28,017 nucleotides of DNA from a virus, in the UHGV virus genome UHGV-0120697; one strand, given 5' to 3'. The position numbers were made by a program, and so were the translations under genes. The notes beneath the pieces are model-generated. The model ran no database searches. It was given only the letters and a program-made list of their open reading frames with translations, and was not told the origin of the DNA. Shown one piece after another: positions 1 through 7,073 of this stretch. Numbering within the stretch: position 1 is the stretch's first letter; every line of letters begins with the position of its first letter.

Positions 1-49
1 TTTCAATGGATAAGACCAAACAGGGGGAACAAATCAACACAAATTATAA

Positions 50-1042
50 CTAATCGATGGACAGTTTATGGACACTTTCAGCCAGCGGATTAAAGTTGAT
101 CGCGTCCTGTAAGAAGTCCGGCGAAAAATGAGCGTACGTCATTGTCTGCTGAATCGTGGCGTGTCCAAGGATTCGTTGCAACGTAACAATATTTCCACCA
201 TTCATCATAAAGTGTGTGGCAAATGTATGACGCATGACATGCGTAGCCTGCCCCTTCGGCAAATCCGGTTTCACCTCCTGAAGAATCTCCCGGAACTCCA
301 GATAATTAACCTGATACAACAACCCCGTCCGACGGGTTTTAATCAGAGGCACAACCGAATCCGCCACAGGAACCGAACGGGATTTTCCGTTTTTGGTGTT
401 AAAGAACGTCACCCGGTTGCCAACGATATGCTCTCCACGTAGTTCCGATGCTTCACTCCATCGGGCACCAGTAGAAAGACACAGAATGGCAACACGACGC
501 GCATCACCCTCCAGTCGCTCAAGAAGCCGTTCAATCTCATCATCAGAAAGAAAGGCCATCTCTGTGTTCTGAACTTTCAGTTTTCGTATACCGCGTACAG
601 GGTTCGCGTTGTGAAAGACCTCAGCTTCAATCAGCACCGTGAACATGGTAGACAGTACGCATAAGTCACGATTAATACTGGACGGCATTAATCCGGCCTG
701 TAATTTCTCTGACCGATATTCAAGCATAAATTTTCGCGTCATCTGACTGGCGCGAGGATCTCCCATTTCACGAACAACCTTCCCTAGCCTAACCCTGTAG
801 CTATCCCCGTAAGCCTGATTACGCCCATCAAGCATCCACCACGCATCAAGCAGCTCTGATAATCGCCGCTGATCAGCTGGCTTAGCCTGCCATGGCTTGT
901 CATGAAAGTTCTGTAACACATACTTCTCAAACTCCTGAGCCTTTGATTTCAGGGCAAAGATTTTTCGAATCCGCTTTCCTTCCGCCCCCTGCGGTCTGAC
1001 ATCGACCTGATAACGTCCGTCTTTGAGTTGCTTAATCGACAT
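50..1042 (-). CDS. int: Tyrosine integrase, P2 Int-like (site-specific recombinase)
   Basis: About 331 aa. C-terminal catalytic region has the R..HxxR..Y pattern (MRHTFATH ... LGHATIQQTMTYAHF). GGAGG RBS before the ATG at 1040-1042; the track ORF extends to a TTG at 1057. First gene at the prophage end, same orientation as the repressor, as in P2. Confidence 0.9.
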   Translation of the reverse strand: MSIKQLKDGRYQVDVRPQGAEGKRIRKIFALKSKAQEFEKYVLQNFHDKPWQAKPADQRRLSELLDAWWMLDGRNQAYGDSYRVRLGKVVREMGDPRASQMTRKFMLEYRSEKLQAGLMPSSINRDLCVLSTMFTVLIEAEVFHNANPVRGIRKLKVQNTEMAFLSDDEIERLLERLEGDARRVAILCLSTGARWSEASELRGEHIVGNRVTFFNTKNGKSRSVPVADSVVPLIKTRRTGLLYQVNYLEFREILQEVKPDLPKGQATHVMRHTFATHFMMNGGNIVTLQRILGHATIQQTMTYAHFSPDFLQDAINFNPLAESVHKLSID

Positions 1043-1111
1043 GATTAGCCCCTCCAACGGATAAATTAACTAAACACTCCTTGCGATATGTAATTCGCTC
1101 AATGTGTAAAG

Positions 1112-1453
1112 TCAGCCAACATTGCGGCCTGATCGGGGTGATTTTTGGGTAATACCGATTGAAACCTGATCGCCCTCCGACTGAATAGATCCATCAAGAG
1201 AGAGAGCCGGAGCAATCTGCCCGGCGACAGGTAGCGTCTTATCTTTTATTAGCCACAGCATGTATTTTTCAAAGCGATCGACTTGCAGAACCGCCTCAAC
1301 GATTTTTGCTCTAGCGTTCTTTTGCCCCGATTCGTAATTCCTTATGGTTGCCAAAGACAACCCAGTAATATCCGCAAACTGCTTTTGTGTTAACCCTTCC
1401 GCCTTACGTATCTGACGTAACTTTTTTGCGTAGTCTATTGACAAGATAACCAT
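1112..1453 (-). CDS. Phage immunity repressor, XRE/Cro-C1-type HTH
   Basis: N-terminal helix-turn-helix (LTQKQFADITGLSLATIRNYESG). Start taken at the internal ATG (1451-1453) with a GAGAGG RBS; the track start at 1507 is a TTG. Divergent from the early operon across an operator-like palindrome. Confidence 0.75.
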   Translation of the reverse strand: MVILSIDYAKKLRQIRKAEGLTQKQFADITGLSLATIRNYESGQKNARAKIVEAVLQVDRFEKYMLWLIKDKTLPVAGQIAPALSLDGSIQSEGDQVSIGITQKSPRSGRNVG

Positions 1454-1474
1454 TTGAGTATTAACCTCTCGCAC

Positions 1475-1498
1475 AAAGATAACCTTTTGGTTATCTTT
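1475..1498. promoter_or_regulatory. Putative operator: perfect inverted repeat AAAGATAACC-TTTT-GGTTATCTTT between the repressor and the early operon
   Basis: 10-bp perfect arms with a 4-bp spacer, read directly; sits in the divergent promoter region (1454-1557). Confidence 0.45.
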
Positions 1499-1557
1499 AC
1501 AAGCCAAAACAAACCATCACAAGGCGCAACAAGCGCACCAACGCAAGAGGATAACAA

Positions 1558-2079
1558 ATGCGGGACTTCATTGCCGATAAAGAGTTATCTGACCACCAAC
1601 CACTTCAGGAAAGTGACACACTCAGCGGATCCATTGATGCCGCCAACGACGACGAACACGAAGAAAACAAGAAAAAGCGTTCCTACAAAAAAGGAGCGAC
1701 TTTGCGGCTGGATGGTCCGATCGCCGGGCTTTGCTCTCTGGAAAAAGGCGCGGCATATATTGGGCTAACAAAATCTGCACTGCGCGTAGCCATTCATCGC
1801 GGTCAAATGCCGGGACACAAGACGCGCACAAACCCGGAAGATGAAAACTCAGAGGGTGTATGGTGGTTTAACGCCAAAGAGTGGGGCAAGTTGGCTGATG
1901 AGCTACCAGAGCACGAGCCCCCAGAATGGCACAACTGGAAAAGTTACTGGACGTATGACCGCCAGAAAAGGAAGTTCTCTCCAGCTAATAAAGAAGACTG
2001 CCAGACCATTAACGGTAAGCGAGTTTATACAGGCAGAAGCTCAAAACTGGACCAACTCAGAAACAACAGAGGCAACTAA
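1558..2079 (+). CDS. First early-operon protein with a central HTH-like segment (possible Cox/Apl-type regulator or excisionase, unusually long)
   Basis: AAGAGGA RBS; segment AAYIGLTKSALRVAIHRGQMPG resembles a DNA-binding HTH; occupies the P2 cox position. 173 aa against about 90 aa for Cox/Apl; acidic N-terminal extension. Confidence 0.45.
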   Translation: MRDFIADKELSDHQPLQESDTLSGSIDAANDDEHEENKKKRSYKKGATLRLDGPIAGLCSLEKGAAYIGLTKSALRVAIHRGQMPGHKTRTNPEDENSEGVWWFNAKEWGKLADELPEHEPPEWHNWKSYWTYDRQKRKFSPANKEDCQTINGKRVYTGRSSKLDQLRNNRGN

Positions 2080-2083
2080 TCGT

Positions 2084-2506
2084 ATGAAAACAAACACGTC
2101 AGATTTCACAATAACTATTTCAAAAAATGACCAAGCATTAATTGATAACCTGAAATACCTTGCGGAAAAACATAATAACGGACGAATTGCAATTAATTTA
2201 CGACACATCACAGGAGTAACAATTGTAACCAGTTACTGGCATCTATATCTAATCGCTAAATCAGTACTTGAAAACAAAGATTCTGTTGTCAATGGAAGAG
2301 ATATAGATACTCTTCCTGCACAAATCAAACCGATAGCCTATCAATTGCGTAATCGTTTTAAAAATGAAGGTGGGATTATATTTGACTTTCCCGCAGCTGT
2401 AGCCGTGAGCTTCTCTCGGGAGGATATACTTCACTCATTTCGTTTTGCTCTATCAGGTGACGAGACATTATGGCAGCTAGAAGATGCCGGGAGCAGCCCG
2501 GCATAA
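2084..2506 (+). CDS. Hypothetical protein in an AT-rich island (moron candidate)
   Basis: Track ORF trimmed to the internal ATG at 2084 because 1841-2083 overlaps the preceding gene in another frame. Visibly lower GC than the flanks. No recognisable domain. Confidence 0.45.
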   Translation: MKTNTSDFTITISKNDQALIDNLKYLAEKHNNGRIAINLRHITGVTIVTSYWHLYLIAKSVLENKDSVVNGRDIDTLPAQIKPIAYQLRNRFKNEGGIIFDFPAAVAVSFSREDILHSFRFALSGDETLWQLEDAGSSPA

Positions 2507-2512
2507 ATCAAA

Positions 2513-2704
2513 TTAAAAATCAACCAGTTGTGTGACAGGTGGGTATTTACGCTGAATTTTGTCAGTTACTAACGCCAGTAATATATGAATCTCTGTGTTT
2601 AATGCGTCTTTATCACCCGTCGTTTTTACCCTGGGAGGGTTAATGTTATCCAGAGCAGCACTAAGTTCACTCAACAAATTAACAACTTTTTTATCTTCTG
2701 ACAT
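2513..2704 (-). CDS. Hypothetical small protein (63 aa), convergent with 2084-2506
   Basis: ATG with an AAGAGG RBS on the minus strand; AT-rich putative promoter region 2705-2840 upstream. Confidence 0.4.
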   Translation of the reverse strand: MSEDKKVVNLLSELSAALDNINPPRVKTTGDKDALNTEIHILLALVTDKIQRKYPPVTQLVDF

Positions 2705-2841
2705 GAAAACCTCTTAACAATTTAATTAAACATAAGCCAGGACCTGAACCGGCCAGTCCAAGTCCTAGACACACAAAAAAAATACCACAAATCAATACAA
2801 GGTGACACGAGTACACCTTACCGAAGGTACAGAGTTTTAAT

Positions 2842-3192
2842 ATGAAACTACAGCGCAATTCTTCACAGCAACGTTTCCGCAACGGTGCGGAACGCCATGC
2901 TAACCGTTTCGCTACCAGTGCATCACGTAGCAACTCTCGCTACAGCCTGAGCGAAACACACGCAACACCGGATGGCTACCCAGTAAAACAAATTGGTGAA
3001 CACACTTGGCTGATTGAAAAAGCAGGAATCGTGGTTCACAGATGCCAGCGCAACCCATTTACCGGAAAACGCATTTTTGCACTGAGCAACGGCGACAATC
3101 AGTTCGGGCAGGATTTCACATTGTACGAAGCACTTCGCACAGTTGATCGTCTGCTTCGCGGACAAAGTTTTATTAAACAGGCTGATTTATAA
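2842..3192 (+). CDS. Hypothetical early protein
   Basis: ORF in the early operon orientation; no recognised domain. Confidence 0.5.
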   Translation: MKLQRNSSQQRFRNGAERHANRFATSASRSNSRYSLSETHATPDGYPVKQIGEHTWLIEKAGIVVHRCQRNPFTGKRIFALSNGDNQFGQDFTLYEALRTVDRLLRGQSFIKQADL

Positions 3193-3202
3193 CAGGTGCT
3201 TT

Positions 3203-3490
3203 ATGACCAAAGACCATGCACAAGGTGTATTTATCCGTTTTATTGATTTTCGCGGTGAACTGTTATTACGTGCATCCGCTATTGACGGAGTGACTCCGGC
3301 GGGTAAAAACGGAGCCGACGAAGCCACTTACGTTTATCTGAACGGCACACGACTGCTTGTGGAACTTCCGTACCAGACCGTACGAGAAATCATCAGCGAA
3401 GCTGAAAAGGCACGCCAGGTTAATGGCGATGAACCCTATATCGAAATTATTTGTATGGATTCAGAAGCTGAAATACAGAAAGCAGATTAA
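3203..3490 (+). CDS. Hypothetical early protein
   Basis: Internal ATG at 3203 preceded by an AGGTG RBS (track ORF starts 3143). Confidence 0.5.
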   Translation: MTKDHAQGVFIRFIDFRGELLLRASAIDGVTPAGKNGADEATYVYLNGTRLLVELPYQTVREIISEAEKARQVNGDEPYIEIICMDSEAEIQKAD

Positions 3491-3501
3491 AGGGCGTTGT
3501 G

Positions 3502-3744
3502 ATGGGCAAAGAATATAAAACTCTCATTAACAAAGCACTTGAGCGTTTTTATTTTCGCTTAAGTGCATCAGGCGTTCATGCTGAACGTGCAGCCCGTGAC
3601 TCATTGACCAGGGCAATCCGGAGTCTGTATGACGTGGCTTTTTACGCTGATGATCTGGATGCACTTAACGAACTTTCCGAGCTGATCTGTGCCGCAGAAT
3701 GCGGGGAACATATTGAACCGTATAAGCTGGGGAATATTGCATGA
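3502..3744 (+). CDS. Hypothetical early protein
   Basis: ATG at 3502 after a GTG at 3499; tightly packed with neighbours. Confidence 0.5.
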   Translation: MGKEYKTLINKALERFYFRLSASGVHAERAARDSLTRAIRSLYDVAFYADDLDALNELSELICAAECGEHIEPYKLGNIA

Positions 3745-3854
3745 GTATATTTATCTCATGGCTTGTTCTGATTATTTCAGTGGTCTGCGCAATTGGCATT
3801 GTGCGAATTATTCATTCAGTAAAAAAGATTGAGCGTTTTTTCACTGAAGAATAA
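3741..3854 (+). CDS. 37-aa single-pass membrane micropeptide (MSIFISWLVLIISVVCAIGIVRIIHSVKKIERFFTEE)
   Basis: Not in the ORF track (below its size cut-off). ATG overlaps the upstream stop (ATGA coupling); a hydrophobic stretch of about 20 residues followed by a charged tail. Confidence 0.4.
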   Translation: MSIFISWLVLIISVVCAIGIVRIIHSVKKIERFFTEE

Positions 3855-3944
3855 CAGCACAAATAAAACACACGATTAAATAAGAAAACATGAAAACAAT
3901 CCGCACTCGCGGAGGGCTTTGTACATTCAAATAAGGCGGCAACG

Positions 3945-4262
3945 ATGAAACAAAATAAAGAAGACAAAATTCAATGCGACGCATTAGCTATTCTTGCTCA
4001 TCTCCAGGATTGCAAACTGGAAGAGGCGCTCCCCGTCGCTCTTGAACTAACCAGAACACTTGTTAGTGAAATTGACCCGGAACGCGACATCGGCACGTTT
4101 ACTGTTGCACTGGCGGCAAAGGCCCTGTTAACGGAACTCTCATCAACCCTTGATTCGCTTTTCGCCGAAATAGACGAGTTGCACGACCACATTGAAGAGC
4201 TGGAAATCCAGCTATCCCGCATCCGTCGCCAGAAACAGAACAGTGGGCGCAATGGCAATTAA
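3945..4262 (+). CDS. Hypothetical early protein (acidic, helical)
   Basis: ORF with an AAGGCGG RBS; no recognised domain. Confidence 0.5.
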   Translation: MKQNKEDKIQCDALAILAHLQDCKLEEALPVALELTRTLVSEIDPERDIGTFTVALAAKALLTELSSTLDSLFAEIDELHDHIEELEIQLSRIRRQKQNSGRNGN

Positions 4263-4455
4263 GCACTTTCCTGTCGTTCGTTTTACCTCCAGAGGACGTG
4301 AATACGAAGTCGACGAACGCCTGATTACCACAATCGACAAACACCGTTCAGAAAAGGATGCACACCACATCTACCTCACTGACGGCACTTACTTCTGCGC
4401 CACCAACGTGGTGCGGGTGAACCTTATCCGACAGGTACAGGAGTCATGCAGATGA
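4252..4455 (+). CDS. Hypothetical small protein
   Basis: Internal ATG at 4252 overlapping the upstream gene end by 11 nt (track ORF 4192). Confidence 0.4.
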   Translation: MAIKHFPVVRFTSRGREYEVDERLITTIDKHRSEKDAHHIYLTDGTYFCATNVVRVNLIRQVQESCR

Positions 4456-4697
4456 CCATTCTGGACTATATCGCCGCCAATCCGGGGTGTAGCGGTGGAG
4501 AAATCGCCGCAGCACTGAATACCCCAACCACAGCTATTAATGCGGAGTTACGCCGACTCTGGCGTAGCGGTTCAGTCATAAGAAAAGAGCGCAAAACAGG
4601 TGGTCGCTTCTCTTACCAGGTAAACCCGATGCCGTTCGGGTGCGGCAATCCACTTACCAATATGTTTAACCAGTTACTGAAGGAAGCCAGAGCATGA
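4452..4697 (+). CDS. Small winged-helix-like DNA-binding protein (putative)
   Basis: MTILDYIAANPGCSGGEIAAALN... resembles a wHTH recognition unit. CAGGAG RBS favours the ATG at 4452 over 4446. Confidence 0.4.
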   Translation: MTILDYIAANPGCSGGEIAAALNTPTTAINAELRRLWRSGSVIRKERKTGGRFSYQVNPMPFGCGNPLTNMFNQLLKEARA

Positions 4698-4990
4698 GCA
4701 TCATCAACCACCAGGAACTACGCGAACTGGCGACTGCCGTGCAAAGAATACCCCCCCGTGAATCACTACCATCTCGCGTGAGCTTACAACCGTCAGTGGT
4801 GTTGGCACTGCTGGATGAGTTGGAGCACGCCAGAACCACGGCCCCTGCCATTCGCCTGACACTCCATCATGAAATCGCTGATTTCTGCGCGACGTTGGAG
4901 GCGCCAGGCGAACCGGAAACGCCGGAAGCAATACAGCAAGAGCTGCTGCAACGCATTGACAAGGTTTTCGATTTTTTCCTTAACCAGTAA
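4694..4990 (+). CDS. Hypothetical early protein
   Basis: ATGA-coupled to the upstream gene; no recognised domain. Confidence 0.5.
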   Translation: MSIINHQELRELATAVQRIPPRESLPSRVSLQPSVVLALLDELEHARTTAPAIRLTLHHEIADFCATLEAPGEPETPEAIQQELLQRIDKVFDFFLNQ

Positions 4991-5000
4991 GGGCCGCAAC

Positions 5001-5204
5001 ATGAACAACAAGACATGGTTTCGTGCATATGCATGGGCGCTGGTATGCGTCCTCGTCTCTCTCATTCTGTATGTAGGGGTACTCCCCCGAATGATTTCAT
5101 CAGACAGCTCCTTCCTGGTATTGTTGGGCATTTTCATTGCCATGCTGTACCCGGCAGGCGTTGTTCGCCTTTTCAGTAAGTACATCAAGGAAATTAAACA
5201 ATGA
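5001..5204 (+). CDS. Small membrane protein, two predicted TM helices (67 aa)
   Basis: Internal ATG at 5001 with an AAGGG RBS after the previous stop; two hydrophobic segments; ATGA-coupled to the downstream SPFH gene. Confidence 0.5.
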   Translation: MNNKTWFRAYAWALVCVLVSLILYVGVLPRMISSDSSFLVLLGIFIAMLYPAGVVRLFSKYIKEIKQ

Positions 5205-6031
5205 AGAAATTCAGACTCTTTCAGATTCTCCCGCTTTTTGCCGCCATCCTGCTGGTTGGCTGCGATCGCGTTGAGCCAGGTAATATGGGCATCAAAGTCA
5301 ACAAGCTGGGCGACGACAAAGGCGTTGGCGAAGTGGTTGGCGTTGGTCGCTACTGGACTGGCTGGAATACCGAGGTTTACATCTTCCCGACCTTCAAACA
5401 AATGAAGACCTACGATGAGCCGTTCAGCTTTCAGATGAGTGACGGCACAACCATCGGCTATCACATCGGCGTGGCCTACAAAGTTGATCCATCCAAAGTT
5501 ACCACGGTGTTTCAGACCTACCGCAAAGGCGTGGACGACATTACCGACACTGACCTGCGCCAGAAGATCGCCGATGCACTCAACCGACTGGCCAGCAAAA
5601 TGACCACCGATAAGTTTATCGACGGTGGTAAGTCTGAACTGCTGGATTCAGCACTTAAAGATATTCAGGAAGAGATGACCCCCATCGGTATTCAGGTCAT
5701 GAGCCTCTCTTATGTCGGTAAACCGGAATATCCGCCAACCGTTATCGACAGCATTAACGCCAAAGTCACGGCAAACCAGAAAACCCTGCAACGTGAACAG
5801 GAAGTCAAGCAACGCGAAGCTGAAGCCAACATGCTGCGCGCAGAAGCTGCCGGACAAGCCGATGCCATTCGCACAAAAGCCCAGGCTGAAGCCGACGCCA
5901 TTCGTTTACGCGGCGAAGCTCTGCGCCAGAATCCCGGCGTTATGGAGCTGGAAGCGATTAACAAATGGAACGGCACGCTACCGCAATACATGACCAGTAA
6001 CACCGCTGTTCCGTTTGTTCCGGTGAAGTAA
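5201..6031 (+). CDS. SPFH/band-7 (HflK/C-, prohibitin-like) domain lipoprotein
   Basis: Signal peptide with lipobox LLVGC; SPFH-like core followed by an Ala/Glu/Gln/Arg-rich coiled coil (EAEANMLRAEAAGQADAIRTKAQAEADAIRLRGEA) and a WNGTLP tail typical of band-7 proteins. Confidence 0.7.
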   Translation: MKKFRLFQILPLFAAILLVGCDRVEPGNMGIKVNKLGDDKGVGEVVGVGRYWTGWNTEVYIFPTFKQMKTYDEPFSFQMSDGTTIGYHIGVAYKVDPSKVTTVFQTYRKGVDDITDTDLRQKIADALNRLASKMTTDKFIDGGKSELLDSALKDIQEEMTPIGIQVMSLSYVGKPEYPPTVIDSINAKVTANQKTLQREQEVKQREAEANMLRAEAAGQADAIRTKAQAEADAIRLRGEALRQNPGVMELEAINKWNGTLPQYMTSNTAVPFVPVK

Positions 6032-6037
6032 TTAAAC

Positions 6038-6081
6038 CCGGCCAGTGAAAACCGCTGGCCGGAGCAGTATCAGGATTTTTT
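6038..6081 (+). terminator. Hairpin (CCGGCCAG/CTGGCCGG) with a distal T-run after the SPFH gene; weak terminator candidate
   Basis: 8-bp GC-rich stem read directly; the T-run is 14 nt downstream, so not canonical. Confidence 0.3.
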
Positions 6082-6198
6082 AGTATGCCGTTCTCACAAA
6101 AAAACCGCTTGCCATGCCGCAATCAGTCAGGTTACATTTCCGCTGCACCTCATAAAACGGGTGCCGGGATTGGAACCCCGCTGACTATGCACGCGCAC

Positions 6199-6220
6199 AA
6201 CCGCGCCAGCGGTTTTTTTG
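6199..6220 (+). terminator. Intrinsic terminator-like hairpin AACCGC-GCCA-GCGGTT followed by T7
   Basis: Stem-loop plus U-tract read directly, inside a roughly 340-bp region with no convincing ORF. Confidence 0.4.
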
Positions 6221-6274
6221 TGCGTACCGTATCGCCACGTCTTTTTCGCGTCAGAATTATGGTGGGGCGTATGG

Positions 6275-6371
6275 GGCCGACTTCGGTCGGGCCGGATTCG
6301 TGCGTAGCCGGTAGTTCCAACCCTGTACGTCTCACCACCCCGAGCTTGGAACCTCTGGATGGTGAGTTTTT
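6275..6371 (+). ncRNA. Candidate structured RNA: UUCG-tetraloop hairpin (6275-6293), helix GTTCCAA/TTGGAAC (6314-6320 with 6346-6352) crossing helix CTCACCA/TGGTGAG (6331-6337 with 6360-6366), then T5
   Basis: Complementarities read directly. ORFs on both strands here translate to low-complexity, non-protein-like sequence. Function unknown. Confidence 0.3.
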
Positions 6372-6398
6372 AAAACTTACTACGTACGAGGCCACCCC

Positions 6399-6629
6399 AT
6401 GGCAAACCGCAAACAACAGCGCGCATACGCTGCGCGTCGTCACATCCAGACTGAAATCAACCGCAGACTTTTCCGCGCATTCCGCGTCGCGCATATCATG
6501 CACATCAATATGCTGCATGAGCGCAGCCACGCACTATCAAACATCTATTCCGCCGCTGTTTTCAGCTATCTGGCGGATGATCTGCGCGAGCTTCAACAGC
6601 TCATCCAGCAGCAAAACAAACTCCATTAA
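6399..6629 (+). CDS. Hypothetical small basic protein
   Basis: ORF with a GAGG RBS directly after the structured non-coding region; weak support. Confidence 0.35.
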   Translation: MANRKQQRAYAARRHIQTEINRRLFRAFRVAHIMHINMLHERSHALSNIYSAAVFSYLADDLRELQQLIQQQNKLH

Positions 6630-6701
6630 TTCCTGTTCCGGGCCTTTCCTGCACCTTGCGGCGGGAGGCCTTCGCACATCTGTAACAAGAGGATTGCCGC
6701 A

Positions 6702-7067
6702 ATGATTCTCGCCAACGACTTTCTTGAATACCTGCTCAACACAGAACGTGATCTTGCCGCTCGCGTGCGTGATCGTTATGACATGTACCTGAAATCCCTG
6801 CCTGTACCGCAGCTCGCTGACGGAAAGATTGTTATTGATGGTCGCTACATGATTGACAGCCACGAGGGAAATTACAGGCTTTACCGCATTGAAGGTGGCA
6901 CCCCGTCCGTTATTGGCATTTACCAGCGCCCATCCTCTGCAATCGTCGATGTGATTGCCGACAGCATCCGCATCACACATCGCCATGCCGACACAGAAGA
7001 CACCGTGCTGGAAATTCAGCGGCTGGCTACAGTCTGCCGCGACACCCTGAATGGCATGACGAAGTAA
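6702..7067 (+). CDS. Hypothetical protein immediately upstream of the replication gene
   Basis: ORF in the operon orientation; ends 7 nt before the A start. Confidence 0.5.
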   Translation: MILANDFLEYLLNTERDLAARVRDRYDMYLKSLPVPQLADGKIVIDGRYMIDSHEGNYRLYRIEGGTPSVIGIYQRPSSAIVDVIADSIRITHRHADTEDTVLEIQRLATVCRDTLNGMTK

Positions 7068-7073
7068 ATCACT

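Noticed and set aside
1841-2083. Upstream extension of the AT-rich ORF (track start 1841)
   Set aside because: Overlaps the 3' half of the 1558-2079 gene in another frame; start moved to the internal ATG at 2084, which follows the upstream stop.
6038-6398. Retron (msr/msd) or tRNA in the structured non-coding region
   Set aside because: No reverse-transcriptase ORF anywhere in the window, and no acceptor-stem/T-loop arrangement consistent with a tRNA.
6085-6705. 206-aa plus-strand ORF and the overlapping 126-aa minus-strand ORF (6150-6530)
   Set aside because: Both translations are low-complexity (Ser/Thr/Arg-rich) and the DNA is full of hairpins and terminators; treated as non-coding, with only the downstream 6399-6629 ORF kept at low confidence.
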